Below are positions 48,560 through 56,468 of a DNA stretch of 64,000 nt, in pieces. This DNA is from a virus (Duplodnaviria > Heunggongvirae > Uroviricota > Caudoviricetes), in the IMG/VR virus record IMGVR_UViG_3300038451_000684, one strand, 5' to 3'. The translations under genes and the position numbers were made by a program. Within the stretch, counting starts at the first letter, position 1. Each line of letters starts with the position of its first letter. The notes below the pieces were generated by a model, which had not been told where the DNA came from, searched no databases, and saw only the letters and a list, made by a program, of their open reading frames with translations.

Positions 48560-48985
48560 TTACGAATTCCACACTTGGAGTTCCCATGTCCGCCGGGCAA
48601 GCAAATCTTTGTTCGCCTTACCGCCCGTCTCGTCCCATCGCAGCAGTTGCTTTCCGGCCGCCGCGTACTGTTGCTGGTTGAGCAATTCCAGCAACGTGGA
48701 TTTCTGCAAGCGGCCGGCGCCCAGGTTGTACACAAAATCCACCAGCGCGTCGAACTGGCCTTGCGTCAGCGACACTTTCACCAGCGTCTCCACCTGCGAT
48801 TCCACTTTGGCTACATCCTCTTCAAACGCTATTTTCGCTTGGAGCGTAGTCCAAACCAGCCCGGCATGGACCTCCGGCCCATGGTGGCCATAACCGATGG
48901 CCCAGCCGCTCACGTCCCATTTCGCCTGCAGGATCAGGCCTTCGGACTGTTGAATGCGATCAAGTAGCTTCTGGGATGCCTTCAT
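48560..48985 (-). CDS. GH24 phage lysozyme (endolysin, 141 aa)
   Basis: Catalytic E/D region IQQSEGLILQAKWDVSGWAIGYGHH and motif GQFDALVDFVYNLG are both conserved T4/lambda-type lysozyme features. Confidence 0.8.
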   Translation of the reverse strand: MKASQKLLDRIQQSEGLILQAKWDVSGWAIGYGHHGPEVHAGLVWTTLQAKIAFEEDVAKVESQVETLVKVSLTQGQFDALVDFVYNLGAGRLQKSTLLELLNQQQYAAAGKQLLRWDETGGKANKDLLARRTWELQVWNS

Positions 48986-49542
48986 CGTATTGCCTCCGCA
49001 TATTCACGCATCAGCGTCTTTTGTAAAAATTGAGAATAGGCGCGCAACGCCACCCCGCGCCCCACATCCTGGCATCGATCGATGAAGAACACGCCATGCA
49101 GATGATCGATCTCGTGCTGCACAATCCGCGCGGCCTGCGCCTTGTAAATCGAGCGCTGAACGGCGTCGGGATCTTGCAGCGTTCCGCTGCGCACATCTAC
49201 GATTTCGCTGCGCCATACGCGCGCCTTGACTTCGCCAGTGGGCGGCAAGCTCAAGCAGCTTTCCGATTCCAGCAGATCCTTTCCCGACAAATTCACGATC
49301 TCTGGATTGATCAGCACATGCACGTTTTTATAGGGCGGGATCTGAAAAATAGCTAACTGAATAAAAATGCCGACTTGCGGCGCGGCCAGCCCTGTTTCGT
49401 TATGCTGTTTCATTAACCGCGTCATTTCTTGCACCAGCTTTGTCAAGGCTTGCAAGTTGTCCAGCTTTACCACCCGCCGGCACGGTTTGTTCACAAGCTC
49501 CGGTCGATAGTATTCCAGGGATAGTTTTCCTAACTCCAGCAC
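48982..49542 (-). CDS. def: peptide deformylase (186 aa)
   Basis: All three PDF motifs are present: GLAAPQVG, ESCLSLP (EGCLS) and QHEIDHLHG (HExxH). Confidence 0.8.
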   Translation of the reverse strand: MLELGKLSLEYYRPELVNKPCRRVVKLDNLQALTKLVQEMTRLMKQHNETGLAAPQVGIFIQLAIFQIPPYKNVHVLINPEIVNLSGKDLLESESCLSLPPTGEVKARVWRSEIVDVRSGTLQDPDAVQRSIYKAQAARIVQHEIDHLHGVFFIDRCQDVGRGVALRAYSQFLQKTLMREYAEAIR

Positions 49543-49661
49543 AGGTCGCTCCTAGGACGGTGGATAAATCCTTCGTCAGAGCGCATTGTAAATCGATTTT
49601 AAAACAGGCATTCTAATACGTCACAAAGTCGAAAAAGGTATAGATTGAATCGTCAAAACAC

Positions 49662-50138
49662 CTAATTCATTTTAGATAAATCCGACTTTTTCTGGAAGGC
49701 ATCCAAGCTGCGGTTCAGGGGCTCCAAATTGAGAGGAAATCCATACTCGACCATAAGCTGCACGGCGACGGCCGCCAGCGCGACTTCTTTTAATTGCCGG
49801 TTTTCATTTTCCAGATTCTTGACTTGTTTTTTTTGCGCCAGAAGAAGTTTTCTCCACCAATAATTCCGAACAACAAGGACAACGCACAAGAAAAGCGTGA
49901 CGACGGCATTCATCCATCCCAGCCACCTGCCCCGTATCGCATCGATGGCCATGATCGCGCCGTTGCCGCAAAGCAAAAGGCAGTTCGAGATATCGTAACC
50001 GACAAAAAGCGCCGTTTGCCGCCGCGGCGTGATGCCGCCCCACCAGCGTTCAATCGCCTCAATCATTTTGCGCATTGCGTTCCTTTCAGCCAATCCTGGT
50101 ACGTCGAACAACTGTTTGCTGCGCGCTGTCAATACCAA
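49662..50138 (-). CDS. membrane protein (158 aa)
   Basis: Two or three TM helices and a coiled-coil KQVKNLENENRQLKE segment. Confidence 0.45.
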   Translation of the reverse strand: MVLTARSKQLFDVPGLAERNAMRKMIEAIERWWGGITPRRQTALFVGYDISNCLLLCGNGAIMAIDAIRGRWLGWMNAVVTLFLCVVLVVRNYWWRKLLLAQKKQVKNLENENRQLKEVALAAVAVQLMVEYGFPLNLEPLNRSLDAFQKKSDLSKMN

Positions 50139-50500
50139 AGAAACGTCAGCTCCGCCCAGTTGAGCACCTTCGGGTTTGACATCTGCTCATGATAGCTGCT
50201 GGCTTCGGCCAGGCGTTTCATGAAAATCGGCTGGTAGGCAAACTCCTCGGCGTGCCGACCGTCTTCTTCGTAGTTCGCTGAGGTGTAGACAAAACACTTG
50301 GTGTATTCGGGCATCGGCTGCCCAGGTATCAGGCCCGCCCGCACCTCCCATGCCGCCTTGAGCCGTGTCGCTTTCGCAGCTTCCTCTGCATGCCAGAGAT
50401 GCGTATCGGGATCAACAACAATCCAATGGCCGCACTTCGCGCAAATCGTTCTCTCTTTAACCGGATTCATCGGTACATGACCGCAAACGGTCTCACTCAT
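50129..50500 (-). CDS. Cys-rich hypothetical protein (123 aa)
   Basis: CGHV...CAKCGHW zinc-ribbon-like N-terminus. Confidence 0.4.
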   Translation of the reverse strand: MSETVCGHVPMNPVKERTICAKCGHWIVVDPDTHLWHAEEAAKATRLKAAWEVRAGLIPGQPMPEYTKCFVYTSANYEEDGRHAEEFAYQPIFMKRLAEASSYHEQMSNPKVLNWAELTFLWY

Positions 50501-50723
50501 GACTTTTCACCTTTTCCACCTTCGTCCAAGGATAACCGTCTGTCGTGCAGACCAGTTCAGGGTCGCGCTCCAGTCGCGCGAAGATCCCCATCAATTTTGC
50601 GTTTGCGCTCGCCTCGAAGCAGGAGTAGCGCCCAGCCTCCAGCACCCGCGCCTTGACGGTTTCGTAGGTCGGCTTCTTCAAGTTCAACGTCGAATCGAAA
50701 CGGCAAAGATGTGCGTAACTCAA
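50493..50723 (-). CDS. hypothetical protein (76 aa)
   Basis: ORF only. Confidence 0.35.
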   Translation of the reverse strand: MSYAHLCRFDSTLNLKKPTYETVKARVLEAGRYSCFEASANAKLMGIFARLERDPELVCTTDGYPWTKVEKVKSHE

Positions 50724-50883
50724 GACTCAACCTTTCTTGCTTTGCTGCGGCGCAATCTGAGGCTTCCGCTTTGCGGCGGCGCACAGTGCTGCGACAACAA
50801 AACCAATGGCAAAGCCCCAAAACACGCCAACAATCAAACCAATCCAAAAGGGAATTATATACTTGACTTCCGTGGGCCATAAG

Positions 50884-51525
50884 TTAGCCCCATTGCTCGG
50901 CAAATGCGGTGGCAATGCCAGGATAGGTGATTGAACGCCGTTGCTGTCGGGTGAGACCGTTTTTGATTCCAGGAGATTCATAATGCACCCTCGGTACTCT
51001 TCCATCGACGATATTAGACGGCTGCAAAAGTGGAAGACCTTTCAGCCAAAGACACGTTCCCTTGGTTTCGCCGTGCCCAAACTGCCAAGGCTGGATAATC
51101 TGGTCGGGCTTGCGCCAGCGACTCGACATCAAGCCAATGGGGTTCTCTATAGCGATCTTCGGGATGTCGGCATTGGCGAACAGCATGAACAGGTCTATCG
51201 CTTGTATCTGCTCTGCCTGTTTATCCTTCCACCATCGAGCGCCACTGACCGCAAGACGAGTGCAAGGAGGAAAGGCAATCATCATGTCCCACTGATAGGT
51301 GTATGGCAGCAAAGCATCCCAAGCGTCACCTACGATGTGGAACTCACTCCCATCAGCAGCCGGGAGAATATCGAGGGACCAAGCATCATGGCCCCGCTCA
51401 CGGAAGGCGCGTCTGACCGCGCCGGAAAACTCACACGCGATCAGGATTTTCAAGTTTCTTCTCTTTCCTCTTCCGTTTCTTGGCTGCTTTGCTCTTCGGT
51501 TTTGGCTTATAGGCCAGTACCACAT
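50884..51525 (-). CDS. IS passenger gene: protein with C5-cytosine-methyltransferase-like motifs (213 aa)
   Basis: AFPPCTRLAVSG resembles motif IV (PC) and IENPIGL resembles motif VI (ENV). It is too short for a complete Dcm-type enzyme, so function is uncertain. Confidence 0.35.
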   Translation of the reverse strand: MWYWPISQNRRAKQPRNGRGKRRNLKILIACEFSGAVRRAFRERGHDAWSLDILPAADGSEFHIVGDAWDALLPYTYQWDMMIAFPPCTRLAVSGARWWKDKQAEQIQAIDLFMLFANADIPKIAIENPIGLMSSRWRKPDQIIQPWQFGHGETKGTCLWLKGLPLLQPSNIVDGRVPRVHYESPGIKNGLTRQQRRSITYPGIATAFAEQWG

Positions 51526-51558
51526 CGGTTATCTTATCCAACACTTCGGGCGTTTCTT

Positions 51559-52476
51559 TCATGCTGTCAGCCTCTTATAAGTCAAACGCTGCCCGTCAAC
51601 CGCGGAAATGAACGAGTCCAGCCGGTCCAAGGTGTGATTGGCCACGTTACCAGCATTCAGCCGGAAGGTGACTTCATTGACGTATCGAGCAACGTGCTTG
51701 GCGCTGATGTGATGCCAAGTGCCGTAGACGCCGCGTTTCAGGAGTGCCCACACAGACTCGATACCATTGGTGTGGACTTCGCCCCGGCTGTACTCGCCAG
51801 CGCCGTGATTCACGGTCGCATGGCTGTAGAACAGTCCATCCATGCCCTGATAGCCGCTGGCCTCATCCGTCATGACTTTGGAGCCAATCTCGACGTTATC
51901 CAGGACTGCGCCTTGAAGAGCCTCTTTATCGGTGTTCTCAACTGGAAACGCAATCGTCCGACCACCGCGCTCCCTGAGTCCCACAACGGCGGTCTTGCCA
52001 ACAGCGCCCCGGCCCATGTGGAGTTTCTTCGACTCGTGTTTGTTGGCTTCCTTGCCGCCTACAAAGCACTCATCCACTTCAATCAGGCCGGACAGTTTAT
52101 CCATCTTTCCGGCGCAAGCCTCACGCAGCCGCTGCAACATAAACCAGGCCGTCTTCTGAGTCACGCCGATCTCTTTAGCGAGTTGCATCGAACTGATTCC
52201 CTTCCGCGCCGTGACTACGAGGTACATGGCATAAACCCACTTGTGGAGCGGTACATGCGACCGCTCAAAAATTGTGCCGGTGCGGACCGTGAAAGTAGTT
52301 TCGCAGCGGTTGCAACGGTAAAAGTCACCCTTGCGGTTGGTGATGCGCTCACGGCCCGCGCATGTCGGGCACGTAACGCCATCGGGCCAAAGTCTAGATT
52401 CCAGATAGAGCCTTGCGGTTTCCGCATCTGGGATCAGGTTGAACAACTCGAACGTGCTGATTGTACTCTTGCTCAT
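51559..52476 (-). CDS. IS1595-family (ISXO2-like) DDE transposase (305 aa)
   Basis: N-terminal zinc finger CPTCAG...CNRC. Core IEVDECFVGG...HATVNHGAGEYSRGEVHTNGIESVWALLKRG...HISAKHV is typical of DDE_Tnp_IS1595. Confidence 0.75.
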   Translation of the reverse strand: MSKSTISTFELFNLIPDAETARLYLESRLWPDGVTCPTCAGRERITNRKGDFYRCNRCETTFTVRTGTIFERSHVPLHKWVYAMYLVVTARKGISSMQLAKEIGVTQKTAWFMLQRLREACAGKMDKLSGLIEVDECFVGGKEANKHESKKLHMGRGAVGKTAVVGLRERGGRTIAFPVENTDKEALQGAVLDNVEIGSKVMTDEASGYQGMDGLFYSHATVNHGAGEYSRGEVHTNGIESVWALLKRGVYGTWHHISAKHVARYVNEVTFRLNAGNVANHTLDRLDSFISAVDGQRLTYKRLTA

Positions 52477-52542
52477 GAGTTAAAGATACTTGAGTTCCCC
52501 ACGGAAGTCAAGTATATAATTCCCATCCAAAATCCAGTCATG

Positions 52543-52923
52543 CTACTCCTCTACGGCCGCTCCTTGATTCGTTTCGGCTTCATCTTCCGGCCATGCCGGT
52601 CCCAGCGGATGATCGCCACAAACCGGCGTCAACGGCGCGTGTTTCTTGCCCTTCCCGAGCACTGGCAACCCAGGCGCGCTCAGACTATGCGCATAGAACT
52701 CGCAAAGCATGGTCCACATTACCTTGCGTCGCTTGCCGCATTCCGCGCAGGGAACCGCTTGGTTAAAGCGCAGAAACCGGACGGCGACCCGTGCTTCTTC
52801 CGTGAACATAGGATTCGGTTTGGCTTCCAGAATCTGGACGACCAGGATCTCGCGCTTTTTGGCTAATCCCTTACCCCTAGTCCCTAACCCCTGTTTTTTC
52901 ACAGCCAGACCTCCACGATGCAC
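52543..52923 (-). CDS. hypothetical Cys-containing protein (start uncertain, probably ~52809)
   Basis: The N-terminal 38 codons of the track ORF are encoded by the CCCTAA repeat island and are probably 5'UTR. The stop overlaps (ATGA) the start of the split membrane-protein gene. Confidence 0.35.
   Translation of the reverse strand: MHRGGLAVKKQGLGTRGKGLAKKREILVVQILEAKPNPMFTEEARVAVRFLRFNQAVPCAECGKRRKVMWTMLCEFYAHSLSAPGLPVLGKGKKHAPLTPVCGDHPLGPAWPEDEAETNQGAAVEE
52863..52893. repeat. telomere-like C-rich island ctaatcccttacccctagtccctaacccctg
   Basis: Same CCCTAA/CCCCTA unit family as the 6318, 15987, 17052, 53876 and 62970 sites. Confidence 0.55.
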
Positions 52924-53150
52924 GGATCATCGTCCTTGAAGCGCTCCAAGCAAAAGAGCCCCGGCGGAACGCTCAAGCGGATCTCTTCCAGTGTATTTGC
53001 CAGAGCTATGTCGTCGGTCATCTGCATCACACCAGGCTCCCGTATCTCCCAGCGCCGCATCATGTACTTGTCGGGAAAGTCGCGCGGATGATCGTAGATC
53101 ACCCACTGCGACATGACCAGATGCGGAGTAACGGTCGAGTCGTCTTCCAT
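52899..53150 (-). CDS. hypothetical protein (~83 aa, start MEDDSTV with GGGGAGG RBS)
   Basis: The longer track ORF would read into CRISPR array 2. An internal start has a good RBS 7 nt upstream. Confidence 0.35.
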   Translation of the reverse strand: MEDDSTVTPHLVMSQWVIYDHPRDFPDKYMMRRWEIREPGVMQMTDDIALANTLEEIRLSVPPGLFCLERFKDDDPCIVEVWL

Positions 53151-53265
53151 GCAATGCCTCCCCGTAAATTGCATCGGCCTCCCGGCCGGCTGTAGTGCGG
53201 GCGTCCCCGCCCGCGCTGGTTCATGATTAGCTACCAATTCATTCCCTTGTTCCCACACTTCCATC

Positions 53266-53866
53266 GTTGCATCGAACAGATGCACTGAAAATTCTTTGCT
53301 ACGAAAGTTTGCCACCGAGGTCGTAATCAGTGCGATGAGTTGCATCAAACTGATGCACTTAAAATTCGTTGCTACAGCGTCGATTCCCGCAGCAAATGGA
53401 TTCGATCATGTTGCATCGAACAGATGCACTGAAAGTTCCTTGCGACTCACGAACGCTTATCTTACGGACGTGATCGGACTGTTGCATCGAACAGATGCAC
53501 TTAAAATCCGTTGCTACGGATGGCTGCCAAACGCCTCGGGAATCTTGAAAAGGTTGCATCGAGCTGATGCACTGAAAATTCATTGCTACGTTGAGCACTT
53601 CTGCTGCGCGATCGGTCGGCACGCCGTTGCATCGAACTGATGCACTGAAAGTTTGTTGCTACCTTGCGGGGCCATGTATCTCTGAAGCCGCACTGCGCGT
53701 TGCATCAAACTGATGCACTGAAAATTCCTTGCTACGTTCCATGAGTCCTGATAGAAACAAGAGGCCCTTGTTGCATCGAACAGATGCACTTAAAATTCCT
53801 TGCTACCGAGGTCAAAACGGCAGCGAGTGGATGGCAGTGCGTTGCATCGAACAGATGCACTGAAAA
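53266..53866. CRISPR. CRISPR array 2: 9 degenerate copies of the same 37-bp repeat (last truncated), 8 spacers of 34-36 bp
   Basis: Repeats are GTTGCATCGAACAGATGCACTGAAAATTCTTTGCTAC and variants, each differing by 1-4 nt from the array-1 consensus. Orientation is ambiguous and no cas gene is present. Confidence 0.8.
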
Positions 53867-53875
53867 AAGCAGGAA

Positions 53876-53950
53876 ACAGGGAATAGGGATCAGGGATTAG
53901 TTTATAAATATCTATAAACTAACCCCTGATCCCTAACTCCTAATCCCTGC
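53876..53950. repeat. ~75-bp imperfect palindrome of telomere-like units with core GGGATTAGTTTATAAATATCTATAAACTAACCCCT
   Basis: Arms cagggaatagggatcagggattagtttata and tataaactaacccctgatccctaactcctaatccctg. Related to the 6318..6412 palindrome. Confidence 0.65.
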
Positions 53951-53961
53951 CTCTACTGCCT

Positions 53962-54408
53962 CTACTGCCGTCTGGTCAGCTCGGCAAGGTTGGCGGCAGT
54001 CTGCTTCACAAATTCCTTCTCCGGCAATCCGCTCTCGCGTGCGATCTGTTCGGCCAGGCTTTCCAGTCTGCCCATCGCGTAGCCCAGCATCGCTTCGGAA
54101 ATCTTCGCTGGCTGAATCCGACTTTCGACCGTCGCAACCGCAGCGGGCACAATGGCTGTTTGCTTGTGGTGTTTTGCCGGCTTAGTCTGTTGCGCACCCT
54201 TGGCTTTTTCCAATTCGTCTTGCTTTTTGTAGAAGGAAGCTGAGGATGGTGAAGTGCCCCTTACGCCGTGCGTAAAATGCCGGTGAAGGCCCAATCCCCG
54301 CCTATCTTTGAAGGTGGCTTTTTTGCCTGCTTTCTCGCATTCCGGGCAGATCAAATCGCCAGATTCTTTTGCCTTTTGAGTTGTCATATTCTCCTCGGTG
54401 GTTCCCAT
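53962..54408 (-). CDS. C2H2-zinc-finger-like protein (~148 aa, start MGTTEEN)
   Basis: CPECEKAGKKATFKDRRGLGLHRHFTH fits C-x2-C-x17-H-x4-H. Internal start with GGAG RBS. Confidence 0.4.
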   Translation of the reverse strand: MGTTEENMTTQKAKESGDLICPECEKAGKKATFKDRRGLGLHRHFTHGVRGTSPSSASFYKKQDELEKAKGAQQTKPAKHHKQTAIVPAAVATVESRIQPAKISEAMLGYAMGRLESLAEQIARESGLPEKEFVKQTAANLAELTRRQ

Positions 54409-54490
54409 GGGTATTCTCCACAAAGCTAACTGCGAGTAAAGGATACACCCTTTTAGAAGCGATTCGCCATAAAATTGCGCGCTTACTTCT

Positions 54491-55126
54491 TCAGAGGTCA
54501 AAGACCCGTGGAGGCCGGGCATACGTCCTGAGCTGTTCGAGGATCGCCGAGACGTTATACCACTCGCGCACGAAGCCGCCCACTCGAACTTCGTCTAGGT
54601 AAGTTCCTCCGCATTCGTGAATGTGACCAAAGATATGCTTGCGGATTTTTCGTTTTTCAATGGCCTCTCTCAATGCCTCGGAACCTTTTCTGTTGTCGAG
54701 AATGCCTTTAGGCGGCGCGTGAGTAATCAGCACGTCCACCTCCGCAGGCATATTGAGATAGCGCCGTCTTAGCTCGTCTTCGGTTGCCATAAAAGCCATG
54801 CAGCGCGGATTGACTCCCTCGAAGGTCTGCGACCAGGGGGAACCGTAGAAGACACGGCCTTGGTATTCCCAAGCTTCGTCAATCAGCAGATGGGTGTTCG
54901 GCGCAAAAGGGAACTGCTCTGCCGTGGGGAACTGTTCGAAGGCGTTGTCGTGATTGCCCGGCACCAGCAACACGGCATCATAAGAATCGTTTCCTAGCCG
55001 TTTGCCCAGAGCTGCGGTTTCCTTCCACGTTCCCCATCCGGTCATGTCACCGGCATGGATGAACAAGTCCGTCATGGGCCGGGCGAATTGAAGTCCATGC
55101 GTATCGGAAATGGCGGCAATCTTCAT
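54491..55126 (-). CDS. calcineurin-like metallophosphoesterase (211 aa, start MKIAAISDTHG)
   Basis: Motifs ISDTHG, GDMTGWG, GNHD and GHIHE are all present. Confidence 0.75.
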   Translation of the reverse strand: MKIAAISDTHGLQFARPMTDLFIHAGDMTGWGTWKETAALGKRLGNDSYDAVLLVPGNHDNAFEQFPTAEQFPFAPNTHLLIDEAWEYQGRVFYGSPWSQTFEGVNPRCMAFMATEDELRRRYLNMPAEVDVLITHAPPKGILDNRKGSEALREAIEKRKIRKHIFGHIHECGGTYLDEVRVGGFVREWYNVSAILEQLRTYARPPRVFDL

Positions 55127-55491
55127 TCCTTGCTCCAAGGCTTCAAGCCGTATTTCTCCCAAACAGGATCAAAACTGCAATTCTCTGGCGCATCCAGAAA
55201 CAGCGGCGCCATCTGGTCATCGGTAAAGCCAGCCAGTCCGCAGCCAATGCGAACCACCCGGAATTCCAGTTCTGGATGCTCATGCGCATAGACGAGGAAC
55301 CACTCAATACCTTCCCGCACGTCACTCAAGCGCAATCGCTTGTAAGGTGTCTCTTTGGTGGGAATGGCGTAGGCCTGCCCGGTGCGGCCCTCGCCGACTC
55401 CGAATTTGGCGCCGTACTGCTGCACGGCGATCTTCGCTGTCCCGGCGCCATGAATGCCCTTGCGATTGCTGCCAAAGACAAAGATGCTCAT
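55123..55491 (-). CDS. hypothetical Rossmann-like protein (122 aa, MSIFVFGSNRKGIHGAGTA)
   Basis: FGSNxxGxHGAG nucleotide-binding-like N-terminus (LOG/SLOG-like?). ATGA coupling to the upstream gene. Confidence 0.4.
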   Translation of the reverse strand: MSIFVFGSNRKGIHGAGTAKIAVQQYGAKFGVGEGRTGQAYAIPTKETPYKRLRLSDVREGIEWFLVYAHEHPELEFRVVRIGCGLAGFTDDQMAPLFLDAPENCSFDPVWEKYGLKPWSKE

Positions 55492-55754
55492 ACTACACTC
55501 AATGCTTTCTTCGCAGCACAATCCAGCGGCCACGCTCCATCCGGCAATCCATTCTCCCGATTGCGCGCACGCACTTGTGCTTTGCAGACAGGATCGGTGC
55601 AAGTCATGATGCCGTGATTGGGGAGATCACGATTCCATAGGACCTCCCCGCGCTTGCTTTCCTGACCGCCAAACATGCGTCCGCAGTTCGGACAGGGAAG
55701 CCAGAAATATCCGCCCAAGGCGGCTTTCAACCGCTCAATCCATTCGATTCTCAT
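55488..55754 (-). CDS. zinc-ribbon protein (88 aa)
   Basis: CPNCGRMF...C..PVC motifs. Confidence 0.4.
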   Translation of the reverse strand: MRIEWIERLKAALGGYFWLPCPNCGRMFGGQESKRGEVLWNRDLPNHGIMTCTDPVCKAQVRARNRENGLPDGAWPLDCAAKKALSVV

Positions 55755-55757
55755 CGT

Positions 55758-56012
55758 TCACCACCTTACCATTCGCCAGTTTTCATACCCACATATCCTA
55801 GCTTCAAAAGAGAACGGATCACAAGGTTTTGGAAAGCAGTCTGTCAAGTATTCCCGCTTCGCAGGAACCGCATTCGGATAGAACTTTTCATGAACGCCGG
55901 CTTTGACCATCAACGGAGTTTGGCAATCCACGCAACGGTACCCGATCAACGGTATCCGGGGGCGATAGTCATGAACCTCGACATGAAGATGTTTACACTG
56001 TGCGTTCGTCAT
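55758..56012 (-). CDS. Cys-rich protein (84 aa)
   Basis: CKHLH...CVDCQ motifs. Confidence 0.4.
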   Translation of the reverse strand: MTNAQCKHLHVEVHDYRPRIPLIGYRCVDCQTPLMVKAGVHEKFYPNAVPAKREYLTDCFPKPCDPFSFEARICGYENWRMVRW

Positions 56013-56293
56013 GACTCCTCTTCCGGCTCGGCCGCAATGGCAAAGACCTTGACCGGGTCCGGCCCGAAGTGTTCATGCGTGATGGTCCTGATCTCGTAGC
56101 CGTGATACGGAAAAGTCATGACCGTGGCTTCGCTCCTTGGTTTGTAGGCGTCCCAAAGCACCAGCCGGTCGTATCTTCGGTTCAATAGCCTCCGCGTCCA
56201 GTACGAATTGCATAGACGGTACTCGTGCCGCTTGGTCCTGGCCTTGATCTGCTGGAAATACTTTGACTTCAGATGCAGCACCAGATCAGCCAT
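56009..56293 (-). CDS. ASCH/PUA-like small protein (94 aa, start MADLVLHLKSKYFQQIKARTKRHEYR)
   Basis: Internal ATG with GAGGAGAAT RBS. Pattern LHLKSKYFQQIKARTKRHEYR resembles the ASCH N-terminal strand-helix. Confidence 0.4.
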   Translation of the reverse strand: MADLVLHLKSKYFQQIKARTKRHEYRLCNSYWTRRLLNRRYDRLVLWDAYKPRSEATVMTFPYHGYEIRTITHEHFGPDPVKVFAIAAEPEEES

Positions 56294-56468
56294 GATTCTC
56301 CTCTTCCGGCTCGGCCGCAAACACAGCTCCATCCTTGGGAGAGTGCATCGGCTTACCCTGTCTATCAAAGCAGATCAGCGATTGATCTTCCGTGTGCCGC
56401 CACTTCAATTCGGGCGCGCCAAGCGAATTGCTGGGTTCAATCGGTTTGTGACAATGCTTGCAGTTCAT
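56286..56468 (-). CDS. small CxxC protein (60 aa)
   Basis: MNCKHCHKPI N-terminus. Confidence 0.3.
   Translation of the reverse strand: MNCKHCHKPIEPSNSLGAPELKWRHTEDQSLICFDRQGKPMHSPKDGAVFAAEPEEENHG

Larger units (their letters stand above)
50850..52525 (-). mobile_element. IS1595-family insertion sequence (1676 bp) with 27-bp terminal inverted repeats and 8-bp target-site duplication ATCCAAAA
   Basis: Left inverted repeat GGGAATTATATACTTGACTTCCGTGGG (50850-50876) and right inverted repeat CCCACGGAAGTCAAGTATATAATTCCC (52498-52525). The target duplication is at 50842-50849 and 52526-52533. Carries a transposase plus one passenger gene. Confidence 0.75.
50727..52546 (-). pseudogene. 43-aa small membrane protein gene split by the IS1595 insertion (5' part 52534-52546, 3' part 50727-50849)
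   Basis: Removing the IS and one TSD copy restores ATGACTGGATTTTGGATTGGTTTGATT..., encoding MTGFWIGLIVGVFWGFAIGFVVAALCAAAKRKPQIAPQQSKKG*. Confidence 0.6.

Noticed and set aside
50941-52866. 641-aa + strand ORF spanning the IS element
   Set aside because: It runs antisense through both the transposase and the passenger gene and across the IS boundary. It has no RBS or recognisable motifs.
52899-53348. 149-aa track ORF reading into CRISPR array 2
   Set aside because: Its N-terminal codons are CRISPR repeat and spacer sequence (…EFSVHLFDAT…). The real gene probably starts at the internal ATG near 53150, which has a GGGGAGG RBS.
47286-54000. A Cas effector gene near the arrays (including TnpB-like proteins, given the IS)
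   Set aside because: The IS encodes an IS1595 DDE transposase, not TnpB/IscB. The largest other ORFs here are a lysozyme, a peptide deformylase and small membrane or Cys-rich proteins. Nothing has RuvC- or HNH-like Cas signatures.
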